A DNA stretch of 64,000 nucleotides from an uncultured Thiotrichales bacterium (GTDB lineage: Bacteria > Pseudomonadota > Gammaproteobacteria > Francisellales > CACEW01). Below the pieces are notes generated by a model. The model was not told the DNA's origin, made no database searches, and saw only the letters and a program-made list of their open reading frames with translations. Numbering within the stretch: position 1 is the first letter of the stretch; each line of letters begins with the position of its first letter. The position numbers were made by a program, and so were the translations under genes. Below are positions 1 to 13,619 of this stretch, piece after piece. The DNA lies in contig CAIQBE010000050.1 of assembly GCA_903870015.1 (NCBI GenBank), positions 15,984 to 79,983 on the forward strand, given 5' to 3'.

Positions 1-294
1 AGAACTATCCGGAACAACTGAATTTTGACGAAGCGGAGGCTGAGGCTCCTCCCCCCCCATCTCTGGATCTGTATCCTGAAGAAGGAAACCATCTTTTCCA
101 TACTCAACTACTACATCTTCTTCACCGGGTGGCGCTGAGGGCGATGGCGCTAGCTGCACAAAAGGAGTCGACCTTGTTGAAACAGCTGACGAAGCAGCAG
201 AAGCAGCCCCTCTTGCCAAATGAGCAAAAACCGCACCCATATCGTGTGCATAGCCTGCAACTGCCTGAACACATCCTCTTGCTGCCTGACTCAT
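1..294 (-). CDS. hypothetical protein, N-terminal 98 codons only (3' end runs off the window)
   Basis: ATG at 294-292 with AAGGAG 8 nt upstream. The frame is open to position 1. The product is Ala/Ser/Pro-rich and GC-richer than the flanking AT-rich DNA, and contains a G8 run (C8 on + strand, 51-58). Absent from the ORF track because it has no stop in the window. Confidence 0.55.
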   Translation of the reverse strand, partial: MSQAARGCVQAVAGYAHDMGAVFAHLARGAASAASSAVSTRSTPFVQLAPSPSAPPGEEDVVVEYGKDGFLLQDTDPEMGGEEPQPPLRQNSVVPDSS

Positions 295-474
295 AATACC
301 AACTCCTTTAATAATAATAAAAAATAATAACTTGATTCTATTTTGTAAAAATAATTCTGTCAATTTTATTTTAAAAAAAAAGATTAATTGCATAATAATA
401 AAAAACTTTACACAAAAGAGCTTTTAAAATATGATCCATCGTGAAAACATAAATGACATCATGAGGAAACAACA

Positions 475-2565
475 ATGCAACAGCTCAAAAAATTAACCCT
501 ATCAATGATCTTAGCTAGTGCATCAAGTATAGCGATAGCAGGGTTACCTCCTTTAACACCGCCCCCCATGATGGTCGGCTACTATCAAGAATCTGACACC
601 CAACCTCTGGGTATTTCACAAGTGCAAGATCTTGATGTCTTAAACTATGCTTTTTTAGGCATGGATAATCAAGGAAACGTGCAACTCGTCAATGCCAACA
701 GCGATATTGGCACACTTCTACCATGGGTCAATGGCACAGAACCCCCCACGATTAATCTCACTGATGCCCTCAGCTACTGGAGTTTTTTAGGTAGCCCTGA
801 CCCACAAGAAGGCGGCAACATTGCCACAGGCGGTAATTTCGCCGCGATGTGTAATATGAAAGCCTTAAATCCAGACCTAAAAGTATTAATGTCTATCGGT
901 GGGTGGAATGGCTCAGCTAATTTTTCGGCTGTCGCTGCAAATCATGCTCCCCAATTTGCCGCTTCAGTAGCGCAAGCAGTTAAAGGCTTTACCTGCTCTA
1001 ACGGTCAAGCTTTGTTTGATGGGATCGATATTGATTGGGAATTCCCTGTCGTCGGTAACAACATTCCTCACACACCCGCAGACAAACAAAATTATGTGAG
1101 CTTATTGGCCAATCTACGCAGTAGCCTAGGCAGCCAAGCTATCATTACCTTTGCGGGCCCTTTTGGCAATGGCCCTGCAGGCAGTGGCACTGCCGCAAAT
1201 TTTGATTTACAAGGCATGCTCCAATACGCCAACTGGGTCAACGTTATGTCTTATGATTTAGGCAATGATTTACCACTCGCCTCCTACAATGCACCATTAT
1301 TTTTAGATCCGCGCGCACCTGCAGGTGACAAATACACAACATCAGGAGGATTGCAGGATTACAAAAATGCAGGCCTGGATCCAACGCAATTAATGATGGG
1401 CATGCCGTTGTACTACACAAAATTTACCAATGTCGCAGCAGGCCCCAACGGCGATGGCGTTTATCAACCCGGAACCTATGTCAATCAAAGCACCCTCCCC
1501 AACTCGAGCATCAGTTGGCTCATCGCCAATGTCACAGGTAACAACGGCATAGAACAAGCCCCTGCTTATCAAGAGACCTTCTTAGACACTCAAAAGAATC
1601 TCTATTTTTACGATACCGCCACGACCGTAACAACAAAGAGCTGCTACGTCAATCCAGATTCAAATGCCCCACTATGTAAATTATTGGGAAATACCAACCA
1701 AATCGCGGGCGGCATGATGTTCTGGGATATTGCCTTTGACAGCAATAGCCAAAATGCCGGCGGAACTTCATTGATCAATACCGCCTATCAATCGCTAAAA
1801 AATGCCGCGCCACCCACCGCACCTCAAAGTGAAGGTACCTTAACTATTTGCAATTCTTCAGACACGGCAAATCCCAGCGGCAGCGGTAGTTGGCTAACTG
1901 CATTAGTCGACGATGCCCAAAGCAAAAAATCCATGGGACAAATGGCGATCAACTTCCTCAATAACCCACAAAGCACCCAACCTATATGCCAAACTTATCA
2001 GGCACCATTTAGCGCCACATCAGGTCAAAGCCAAAAAGTACAAATTGAAGTACAAAATAGCGCAACCGCAACCCCCAAATACACAACCTGCTTGGATGCA
2101 AACGGCACGCCCTTGCAGTATCAAACGTCAATGAGCCCACAAACCATTTACGTCTACCAAGATGCTTATACCCAAAAAGCTTATTGCAGCACCAGCAAGA
2201 TTCCACAAGTAGCATATCCAGTGAAAGTGCTGTTGAGTAATTCAGATAGCCAAGCGGGCGATCCTGATGTCACTTCAATCACGCTCATCAGCAAGACCGG
2301 GCAATATTATGTATTCGATGGCTTAAACCTATCAAATGGCCAACAAACCCCATACTGCAACACCAATGGCGCAGGCTATTATCCTGGCTGCCCCGTCAGC
2401 GGAAACCTAAATAATTTACAAGGCCAAAACGGCATTACTATTAATTTTACTGACAGCAGAGGCACTCACACCTGCCCAGCAGACGTAGTTCTGAATTTAT
2501 CAGCCGGTGGTCAATACAATGTCATGGTTAACCCCCAATATGACTCATGTGCCGTAGGAAGTTAA
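475..2565 (+). CDS. secreted glycoside hydrolase family 18 chitinase-like protein with a C-terminal extension of unknown function
   Basis: 696 aa. Signal-peptide-like N-terminus (LTLSMILASASSIAIA). GH18 catalytic motif FDGIDIDWEFP (Glu codon 1039-1041) and SIGGW strand motif. A GAGGA RBS lies upstream. The last ~250 aa are Cys-containing and Gln/Asn/Ser-rich, with no motif I recognise. Confidence 0.85.
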   Translation: MQQLKKLTLSMILASASSIAIAGLPPLTPPPMMVGYYQESDTQPLGISQVQDLDVLNYAFLGMDNQGNVQLVNANSDIGTLLPWVNGTEPPTINLTDALSYWSFLGSPDPQEGGNIATGGNFAAMCNMKALNPDLKVLMSIGGWNGSANFSAVAANHAPQFAASVAQAVKGFTCSNGQALFDGIDIDWEFPVVGNNIPHTPADKQNYVSLLANLRSSLGSQAIITFAGPFGNGPAGSGTAANFDLQGMLQYANWVNVMSYDLGNDLPLASYNAPLFLDPRAPAGDKYTTSGGLQDYKNAGLDPTQLMMGMPLYYTKFTNVAAGPNGDGVYQPGTYVNQSTLPNSSISWLIANVTGNNGIEQAPAYQETFLDTQKNLYFYDTATTVTTKSCYVNPDSNAPLCKLLGNTNQIAGGMMFWDIAFDSNSQNAGGTSLINTAYQSLKNAAPPTAPQSEGTLTICNSSDTANPSGSGSWLTALVDDAQSKKSMGQMAINFLNNPQSTQPICQTYQAPFSATSGQSQKVQIEVQNSATATPKYTTCLDANGTPLQYQTSMSPQTIYVYQDAYTQKAYCSTSKIPQVAYPVKVLLSNSDSQAGDPDVTSITLISKTGQYYVFDGLNLSNGQQTPYCNTNGAGYYPGCPVSGNLNNLQGQNGITINFTDSRGTHTCPADVVLNLSAGGQYNVMVNPQYDSCAVGS

Positions 2566-2573
2566 ACTGAACG

Positions 2574-2605
2574 CCCAGAACGCAGTCAAAAAACTGTGCT
2601 CTGGG
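2574..2605 (+). terminator. imperfect hairpin downstream of the chitinase gene
   Basis: cccagaacgcag / ctgtgctctggg forms a 12-bp stem (one mismatch, one G-U) with an 8-nt A-rich loop. No U-run follows, so terminator function is uncertain. Confidence 0.3.
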
Positions 2606-2638
2606 GTCAATAGGGGCACAATCAAATATTTAGATTGA

Positions 2639-5169
<2,531 letters not shown>

Positions 5170-5177
5170 CAACTTAA

Positions 5178-6470
<1,293 letters not shown>

Positions 6471-6472
6471 TA

Positions 6473-6787
6473 ATGAAAATCCATCTTCTTAAAAACGACC
6501 AATTTACGAAGATTTTACTGATTGTATTGCTGATTTTACAAATCCCTTTGTGGCTAGGCACAGGCAGTATTTTTAGCCTACTCTACACCTATTATCAGCA
6601 ATATCACATTATCCAAGAAAACGAAGGTCTACAAGCTGCGAATCAAACACTAGCGGATAAAATCAACGCCCTCAAATCTGGCAATAGTGAAATTGAGGCA
6701 CGCGCACGTTTAGAGCTGGGCCTCGTGAAACAAAATGAAATTTACTATCAAGTCATTTATCGCAAAAACAAGGACTCAATATGGTAA
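6473..6787 (+). CDS. ftsB: cell division protein FtsB
   Basis: 104 aa with a single N-terminal TM helix followed by a coiled coil. EARARLELGLVK motif. Lies directly after eno. Confidence 0.85.
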   Translation: MKIHLLKNDQFTKILLIVLLILQIPLWLGTGSIFSLLYTYYQQYHIIQENEGLQAANQTLADKINALKSGNSEIEARARLELGLVKQNEIYYQVIYRKNKDSIW

Positions 6788-7539
6788 GCTTAAAAGATAA
6801 AATCGCGCTTATCACCGGAGCATCAAGCGGCATTGGGGCAGCCACAGCGCATGCCTTGGCTCGCGCGGGCGCGAAATTAATTCTAGCAGCACGACGCATC
6901 GATCGCCTTGAAAGTCTCGCAAAAGAGCTAAAAGACAAATACCAGATCGCTTGTTTTATTTTAGAACTTGATGTGCGCAATAGTGAAAAAGTAGCCGAAG
7001 CCCTCTATCAAATCCCCAAAGCTTTTCAGCCCATCGATATCTTAATCAATAATGCAGGCCTCGCTGCTGGGTTTGACCTAACCAAGGACTCGAATATCGA
7101 AGATTGGGATGCCATGATTGATACTAATTTTAAAGGCCTGATCTACGTCACTCGCGCTATTTTACCCCAAATGCTTGAGCGTAACAGCGGCTATATTGTG
7201 AATATCAGCTCAACAGCCGGACGCCATTCTTATGCAAAAGGCAGCGTCTATTGCGCCACTAAAGCGGCAGTGACTACGTTTTCCCGAGCCCTAAAACAAG
7301 AATGCATCGGAACGGATGTCCGCATTACCGACATCGCACCCGGCATGGCCGAAACCGAATTTAGCGAAGTGCGCTTCAAAGGGGATAAAGATCAAGCCAA
7401 AAAAGTCTATGAAACTTTTACGCCGCTATCCAGTGATGATGTCGCTGATGCGATCATGTTTGCCCTCACCCGACCTGTGCATGTGAACATTGTAGATATG
7501 GTGATTACTGCAAAAGATCAGGCTCGGCATTTGGTCTAA
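6781..7539 (+). CDS. short-chain dehydrogenase/reductase (YdfG-like NADP-dependent 3-hydroxy acid dehydrogenase)
   Basis: 252 aa. TGASSGIG cofactor motif, NNAG, and catalytic S...YCATK. Confidence 0.8.
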   Translation: MVSLKDKIALITGASSGIGAATAHALARAGAKLILAARRIDRLESLAKELKDKYQIACFILELDVRNSEKVAEALYQIPKAFQPIDILINNAGLAAGFDLTKDSNIEDWDAMIDTNFKGLIYVTRAILPQMLERNSGYIVNISSTAGRHSYAKGSVYCATKAAVTTFSRALKQECIGTDVRITDIAPGMAETEFSEVRFKGDKDQAKKVYETFTPLSSDDVADAIMFALTRPVHVNIVDMVITAKDQARHLV

Positions 7540-7608
7540 CCTGTATGACATCATAATGCTATTCAATGCAAAGCATGAGCATGAGCATGATCAAAGACCA
7601 TGCCTTAC

Positions 7609-8949
7609 TTAATGCCCAGCGATCATCATATTATCAATCAAAATCGAGCCACTACGAATTTTATTACGCAGCTCAAGATCATTACTCACGGCCACAATGC
7701 CTGAAAACATATTTTTTAGATTCCCAGCAACAGTAATTTCTTCCACAGGATATTGAATCTCACCATTTTCAATCCACAAACCACTGGCACCACGAGAATA
7801 ATCTCCGGTGACCAAATTCACCCCCTGGCCCATGACTTCAGTAATCAACAAACCTTTATGCATTTTTTTAATCAATGCCTCAAGACTAAGATCATGATCA
7901 TGGCTCACATCAATATTATAAGCCCCACCAGCATGCCCCGTAGTTTTAAGACCTAACTTTCTACCCGTATAAGTACTCAAAAGATAAGTCTTAACCACTC
8001 CTTGTTGCAGCAAATATTGCGCATGTGCCTTAACGCCTTCAGCATCAAAAGGAGCACTGCCCAAAGCTTTGGGAATAAATGGATTATCATACAAAGAAAA
8101 CCAGTCGGGAAAAACCTGCGTCCCCAAACTATCTAATAAAAATGACGAACGCCGATACAAACTACCCCCGCTCACCGCGCGTAAATAATTCCCTAAGAGA
8201 CTACCAGCAATACTCGCTTCAAAAATTACAGGAACATTTTGAGTACTGACGCTTTTAGGATTCAGGCGACGCACGGTACGCATAACGGCATCATGAGCAA
8301 CCGTCTCAGGCGACCATAAGTCTCTATAATCACGAGCCTCAGTATAACCATAATCACGCTGCATTTCGCCAGTTTGAATCGCTGCAATCAAACCCAAGCT
8401 TAAACCATGATTGGTAGCATAAGTGTCAGCGATTAAACCTTCACTGCTACCATAAACGTTTAAGCCTTGATAGGTATTTAAACTCGCGCCTTCAGAATTA
8501 GTAATACGCTCATCCAAGCTCAAAGCACAACGCTCTGTATCTTTAGCTAAAACAATCGCCTCATCGACCGAAATATCCCAAGGATGATACAAATCCAAAT
8601 CTAGCCAAGTCCTGGCTAAATCATCTGGATCAGGCAAACCCGCACACTCATCCGATAAAGTATATTTGGCAATATGCACCGCAGCATCAACCGTCTCTTT
8701 TAAACTTTCAAGGCTTAAATCTGTGGTACTAGCCGAACCCTTTTGTTTACCAAAATAAACCGTCACACTCAAATTTTGATCATCGTGATGTTCAATGGTT
8801 TCGACATCACCCTTACGCACAGTCAATGAAAAACCATAACCACCATTCAGAGCTGCTTCTGCTTCTGTCGCACCAGCGTCTTTAGAAAACTTTAATAACT
8901 GCTTTACACTTTCTTTAAAGAAAGTTTCTTTTTGTTTTAAGGCGTCCAT
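7609..8949 (-). CDS. pmbA: metalloprotease PmbA/TldE
   Basis: 446 aa. Length and overall sequence are typical of the PmbA/TldE family. The 5' end overlaps the 3' end of the upstream monooxygenase gene by 13 nt. Confidence 0.85.
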   Translation of the reverse strand: MDALKQKETFFKESVKQLLKFSKDAGATEAEAALNGGYGFSLTVRKGDVETIEHHDDQNLSVTVYFGKQKGSASTTDLSLESLKETVDAAVHIAKYTLSDECAGLPDPDDLARTWLDLDLYHPWDISVDEAIVLAKDTERCALSLDERITNSEGASLNTYQGLNVYGSSEGLIADTYATNHGLSLGLIAAIQTGEMQRDYGYTEARDYRDLWSPETVAHDAVMRTVRRLNPKSVSTQNVPVIFEASIAGSLLGNYLRAVSGGSLYRRSSFLLDSLGTQVFPDWFSLYDNPFIPKALGSAPFDAEGVKAHAQYLLQQGVVKTYLLSTYTGRKLGLKTTGHAGGAYNIDVSHDHDLSLEALIKKMHKGLLITEVMGQGVNLVTGDYSRGASGLWIENGEIQYPVEEITVAGNLKNMFSGIVAVSNDLELRNKIRSGSILIDNMMIAGH

Positions 8950-10100
8950 ACATCTCCCCGCGCAAGTTGCAGCAGCTGTCTTTTGACGCCGTGCAGCTTA
9001 TTAATCCTAGTTAAACCAACGCCTATTATACGCTGAAACCATGGATGCTCCAATTGAAATAGGCGATTTAATAGACTAAAACCACTACTAAACGCCTTAT
9101 TTTTAACCTGACAAGCCCTAGCATACTGAGTCAAAAGGACTTCCGAGTTGATATCTTTACCCGCTTTTAGCACTTTATTTAAACAAATTACATCCGACAA
9201 ACCCAAATTAACACCCTGCCCCGCCAATGGATGCACGGTATGCGCCGTATCTCCGACTAATACAAATCCAGGACCACAATAACTTTGTGCTGATAAAGCA
9301 CTCAATTCAAAACCTTGAACATGGGTCAGAGCCGTTAACGCCCCCAAATCCGGAAAAGCCCCGAACAAACGTTGCAGCAAAATATCCTCTGGTAGCTCCA
9401 AATATTCGTCCGCCAAAGCTGTAGGCAAAGTCCAAACAATAGAACTCCAGTAGGGATTAAATAAAGGCAAAAATGCCAAAGGTCCTGTCGATAAAAAGCG
9501 CTGATAGGCACAAAAACGATGCGGATTTTTTGAAACCACATTCATGACCAAGGCTTTTTGATTATAAAAATGAATCTCACTTGGCACCCTTAAAAGCTCA
9601 CGCAAATTAGATTGCGCCCCTTGTGCCACAACTAATAATTTAGCACTCAGCACTGCTGCAGTGCTTAATTCTAGCTCCCATAAATCTTTACGCACTACAT
9701 GCTTAACTGTAGCAGGACAAAATAGCCCCCCTTGAGTGATATCAAATTGGTTCAGCAATGCTTTAATTAAAAAATCATTTTCAAGAATAAATCCTAATTC
9801 CGAAAAGCCAAATTCAGCAGCATCAAAACCAATCGCACTTTGATCAGCCCCATAAATTTTCATCGCCAGAATCGGCGTTAATCGCTCAACATCAAGATGA
9901 TTCCAGGCACCTAAAGTTTTCATCAGATGATAAGAAGTATTATTAATCGCACTAACCCGAGCCTGTGGTAACGGACTGGGAGGTAAATCAAGCATGCGCT
10001 GATCAATCAATGCCACGCTAAACCCTTGTTGCTGAAGACTTAAAGCACACGCGGCACCAACAACTCCGGCACCAATAACAGCAATATCATAATCATTCAT
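8937..10100 (-). CDS. ubiI: FAD-dependent ubiquinone-biosynthesis hydroxylase (UbiI/VisC-type)
   Basis: 387 aa. DIAVIGAGVVGAA dinucleotide motif and GDTAHTVHPLAGQGVNLG UbiH/Coq6 fingerprint. Lies directly after ubiH, as in E. coli ubiH-ubiI. Confidence 0.75.
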   Translation of the reverse strand: MNDYDIAVIGAGVVGAACALSLQQQGFSVALIDQRMLDLPPSPLPQARVSAINNTSYHLMKTLGAWNHLDVERLTPILAMKIYGADQSAIGFDAAEFGFSELGFILENDFLIKALLNQFDITQGGLFCPATVKHVVRKDLWELELSTAAVLSAKLLVVAQGAQSNLRELLRVPSEIHFYNQKALVMNVVSKNPHRFCAYQRFLSTGPLAFLPLFNPYWSSIVWTLPTALADEYLELPEDILLQRLFGAFPDLGALTALTHVQGFELSALSAQSYCGPGFVLVGDTAHTVHPLAGQGVNLGLSDVICLNKVLKAGKDINSEVLLTQYARACQVKNKAFSSGFSLLNRLFQLEHPWFQRIIGVGLTRINKLHGVKRQLLQLARGDVWTP

Positions 10101-11281
10101 GTTAACCCCACCATCACCTCATTTAAGGCTGTTTTTGCATAAGGGCATAATTCTAAATTCAGCATCAAACTATTACGCACGCCCTGGACCAGGGGATTTT
10201 TTTGGGTAAACATTTTGATCAAAGCATCAGTAATAGCGATAGTACGCACCTGATCATGATGCCGCACACGTAAATATTCTTCCCAAATAATATCAGGCTG
10301 ATCCAATAAATCTTGATATCTTTTTAAAGTTTGATAAAAACCAAAAATATCCCGCATGCTTAAATTAAAGCCCTGGCCCGCCACAGGATGTAAACTATGA
10401 GCTGCATTACCCAACAAGCCAATGCGTTTATCATAAGTTTGCTCTGCAACGACCTGTTGCAAAGAATAGGCCTGCAAATGCCCTAAAGCTAAAAAACGCC
10501 CGACACGATAGCCCATGATTTTTTGCAGATCTTGTAATAATAACATCGCGGGTAATTTTTGACGCATCTCAGCAAGCGCCGTAGGCATAACCCATACTAG
10601 CGTCATATGGTCTTGGTCAAAAGGCAGCAAGGCCAACGGCCCCTCATGCGTAAAACGCTCATAAGCAGTATGAGCCTCAAGGGCCTGAACCTTAACATTA
10701 CCAATCAAGGCAGTCTGTTCATAATCATGAATGCGTGTACTGATATTTAAAAATTCGCGTACCTGAGACGTGGCACCATCAGCGCCAATCAAGATTTTTG
10801 CACGCAAATGCTTGCCATCGACCTCACACTCAACGCCGTGCTCATCTTGCTGTAGCTGCTTACAAACACCAGTGATACAAGTAATTTTAGGGTCATGCAA
10901 AACCGCCGCCTGTAAGACTTTAGTCAAAACTAAAATCGGAATCACGCATCCAAAATAAGGCAAAACTTCATCCGCTGCATTTAATGCAATCCGTCCAAAA
11001 CCATGTTGATCACTGACGTAAATATTTTGAACTTGCGCACCCAAAGCACTTAAATCCAAGCCCAGCAGATTTTTAAAAATACTTAAAGTACCGTAATTTA
11101 ATGCTAAAGCACGCTGATCAAGCACAGGCTTTGTATCGGGCAATCCCGCTAAAAACTGTTTTTCAACTAAAGTAACCTGCAAATTTAAAGTACTCAAAGC
11201 CTTCGCCAAAGTGGCGCCCACAAGGCCACCACCAACGATCAACACATCAACATCAATGGAGGTGGTCACACCCTTCTCCAT
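10097..11281 (-). CDS. ubiH: 2-octaprenyl-6-methoxyphenol hydroxylase
   Basis: VLIVGGGLVGA and GNAAHSLHPVAGQGFNL motifs. I moved the start to ATG 11281 (MEKGVTT...), because the longer ORF-track start adds an implausible Cys-rich leader. Confidence 0.8.
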   Translation of the reverse strand: MEKGVTTSIDVDVLIVGGGLVGATLAKALSTLNLQVTLVEKQFLAGLPDTKPVLDQRALALNYGTLSIFKNLLGLDLSALGAQVQNIYVSDQHGFGRIALNAADEVLPYFGCVIPILVLTKVLQAAVLHDPKITCITGVCKQLQQDEHGVECEVDGKHLRAKILIGADGATSQVREFLNISTRIHDYEQTALIGNVKVQALEAHTAYERFTHEGPLALLPFDQDHMTLVWVMPTALAEMRQKLPAMLLLQDLQKIMGYRVGRFLALGHLQAYSLQQVVAEQTYDKRIGLLGNAAHSLHPVAGQGFNLSMRDIFGFYQTLKRYQDLLDQPDIIWEEYLRVRHHDQVRTIAITDALIKMFTQKNPLVQGVRNSLMLNLELCPYAKTALNEVMVGLT

Positions 11282-11846
11282 GTTCGTGCTCTTTAAAGCT
11301 AATTTGCAATTCCTGCATAATCGTGAGCACTGCAACGCGCACGTGCTCCTCTAATTCTACGAAATGAGATTCACTCGCCTGATCCGCCTCATCTTCTGGT
11401 GTTAAATCAACCTGACTAATAGACAACAAATCTTGCAAGCATTCCTGGATCGCCTCATTTTTATTGTTTTTAATATCAAGACCTAAAAGATGCAACCCCG
11501 TCAAATAACCTTGACACCACTCACCTAAAGCATCTACACGAGTGACCAAAGGCGCATCATCATCAGGCAATAATAAAGGCAAACTAAATGCCTCTTGCTG
11601 AAAAGCATCTTTAGTTGCATTAAATAGTTCATGCAACAAATGATAAGCCGCACGCGCAGGTTCATCATTGGCCTCAATATGCCCACCAAGAAGAGAATCT
11701 ACCCAAGCTTCACGATTAATACGCGCATGCGCTGATATCAGCGCACATAATAAACCATGACTCTGGCCAGCAGTACCATGAGCCTGAAGCAAATCAAGGG
11801 CATCACTCACCTGCTGATAATCAGGCATCACATGTTGATGATTCAT
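11253..11846 (-). CDS. ygfB: UPF0149 family protein YgfB
   Basis: 197 aa. Collinear similarity to E. coli YgfB as I recall it (HGLLCAL..., ALGEWCQGYLTGL, acidic DL..EDE segment, EHVRVAV). Conserved position upstream of ubiH. Confidence 0.8.
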   Translation of the reverse strand: MNHQHVMPDYQQVSDALDLLQAHGTAGQSHGLLCALISAHARINREAWVDSLLGGHIEANDEPARAAYHLLHELFNATKDAFQQEAFSLPLLLPDDDAPLVTRVDALGEWCQGYLTGLHLLGLDIKNNKNEAIQECLQDLLSISQVDLTPEDEADQASESHFVELEEHVRVAVLTIMQELQISFKEHEHGEGCDHLH

Positions 11847-12280
11847 TCTAATACCTCCATTGGGTTGTCAATACGTTTCACTGGAATTTTTTGGCCATGT
11901 TCATCAATGGCAACATAGGTAAACATCGCCTCGGTAACACAATAACGCTCTTGGCTTAAGCCCTCAGGATTCACCCAGGCCATTAGTTTAAAAGTCATGG
12001 AGGTGGTACCCACATGCTCTAACTTAGCATAACAACACACGGTATCCCCTACCTGTACAGGATGGCGAAAACGCAAAGCATCGATCGCTACTGTGGCAAT
12101 ACGACTTCTAGAGACTTTACGCGCCGCAACAGCGCCCCCCAAATCCATCTCCGATACCAACCAACCCCCAAAAATATCACCATTAAAATTAGTGTCTTTT
12201 GGCATCGCAATGGTACGAATCACAAGCTCGCCCTCAGGTTTTTCATCCAGCGGTTTTTTCAAGACCTTTTCATTACTCAT
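11843..12280 (-). CDS. yciA: acyl-CoA thioesterase (YciA-like hotdog fold)
   Basis: 145 aa. MPKDTNFNGDIFGGWLVSEMD and VGTTSM motifs. Confidence 0.85.
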   Translation of the reverse strand: MSNEKVLKKPLDEKPEGELVIRTIAMPKDTNFNGDIFGGWLVSEMDLGGAVAARKVSRSRIATVAIDALRFRHPVQVGDTVCCYAKLEHVGTTSMTFKLMAWVNPEGLSQERYCVTEAMFTYVAIDEHGQKIPVKRIDNPMEVLE

Positions 12281-12377
12281 ATTCTAATCCTAAAGCCCAT
12301 CAATAAAGCTATATTATGCTAGAGATTATGCAATTGGTCTAGTAAGATAGCATAACCAAGCCCATAAAATAGCCCTC

Positions 12378-13619
12378 ATGAACACCGCCATCAATGATCG
12401 AAAAACCAAGGAGCTAAAAATCGCTGCCAAGATTGTGTTTCTTGGTTTTTGCTGTGCGGTCTTATTTTGCATAACCTTAAGGATTCTTTTATACCTCCAT
12501 GGCAGAGAAGTGCTATACCCATACAATACTTTTTTAGACATACCTCAATATCGGTTTGACGACTTTAGTAGCACTTACAAACCGACTCAAAGCGGAGACC
12601 CCTACGGTCAGGGTGGCATATACTTCCCATTTGCGTTCTTAATGTTTAGAATTTTTACTTTATTCTCTCCCGGTATTGCAGTGGCTTTATATGGGTTAAC
12701 ATTCAGCGCCATGTTATTTTTCATCATAGAATATTACACAAAAGACACGAAAAAATATTTCAAACCACCAATAACATACGACCTCACCATCGGCACTTTT
12801 TTACTAAGCTATCCCGTCTTATTCTGCCTGGACCGAGGAAATATCGAGATAATACTACTCATATTCACATCAATATTTTTAATACTTTTTCAAAAAAAAA
12901 ATTATTACCTAAGCGCCATTATCTTAAGCATACCAATCAGCATGAAAGGATTACCCGCCATTTTTTTAGTTTTACTTTTAAAAGAAAAAAAATATAAAGC
13001 CGCCCTTCTATGCATACTATCAACGATAGCCCTGACATTCATTGCACTCATGACATTCAAAGGGGGAATAACAGAAAGCTGGGCATCATACCATCAACAT
13101 GCCTCAGCTTTTGCCAACCACTGGTTAATTCTGCCCGGAGCCTATCACTCAACCTCTTTGTTTTTAGGCGTTAAAACAATCGCATGGTACTTACTCCCTA
13201 GCGCACAACAAAACTACATCGGCTTTACCCACCACGTCAATATGTTAATTAATATCTACAATGGCATAGCCGTCATAACTCTTGGTGCCATTACCACTTA
13301 TGTAATCAAGTATGAAGCTTCCTTTTGGAAAAATACCGCACTCTTAACCTTCGCCATGATTATACTTCCAGGCATTTCTTATGATTACAAATTGCTGAAT
13401 ATCTTACCCGTACTTTTTATTTTTTTAAATCGAACCACATATGCCACGCAATTAGATAAAATTTATCTGAGCCTCATTGCGCTATTACTTATCCCTAAAA
13501 ATTACTACTACTTTACATTACCTGGTCATGCCCCTATTAACAATTTTATCAATATGATTTGCATATTCACGATCACAGGGCTGATCCTCTATGAAAGATT
13601 CAAGAAAAAACACATATGA
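12378..13619 (+). CDS. polytopic membrane glycosyltransferase candidate (GT-C fold, PimE/GT87-DUF2029-like), paralogue 1
   Basis: 413 aa with about 10 or more hydrophobic segments. An Asp-containing first-loop motif (FCLDRGNIE) is followed by MKGLPAIFLVLLLKEKKYKA. Clear paralogy with 14989..16194. ATGA coupling to the downstream GtrA gene. Confidence 0.6.
   Translation: MNTAINDRKTKELKIAAKIVFLGFCCAVLFCITLRILLYLHGREVLYPYNTFLDIPQYRFDDFSSTYKPTQSGDPYGQGGIYFPFAFLMFRIFTLFSPGIAVALYGLTFSAMLFFIIEYYTKDTKKYFKPPITYDLTIGTFLLSYPVLFCLDRGNIEIILLIFTSIFLILFQKKNYYLSAIILSIPISMKGLPAIFLVLLLKEKKYKAALLCILSTIALTFIALMTFKGGITESWASYHQHASAFANHWLILPGAYHSTSLFLGVKTIAWYLLPSAQQNYIGFTHHVNMLINIYNGIAVITLGAITTYVIKYEASFWKNTALLTFAMIILPGISYDYKLLNILPVLFIFLNRTTYATQLDKIYLSLIALLLIPKNYYYFTLPGHAPINNFINMICIFTITGLILYERFKKKHI

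Noticed and set aside
7568-7588. Short tandem repeat (gcatga x3) between the SDR gene and pmbA, and (ctacga x2.5) at 50783-50798
   Set aside because: The copy number is too low and the repeats too short to be more than chance microsatellites in intergenic DNA. No associated structure or coding consequence was seen.
12326-12541. 71-aa minus-strand ORF at the left edge of the glycosylation island
   Set aside because: It overlaps the 5' end of the 413-aa membrane protein gene on the opposite strand and has no independent support. It is likely a shadow ORF in AT-rich DNA.
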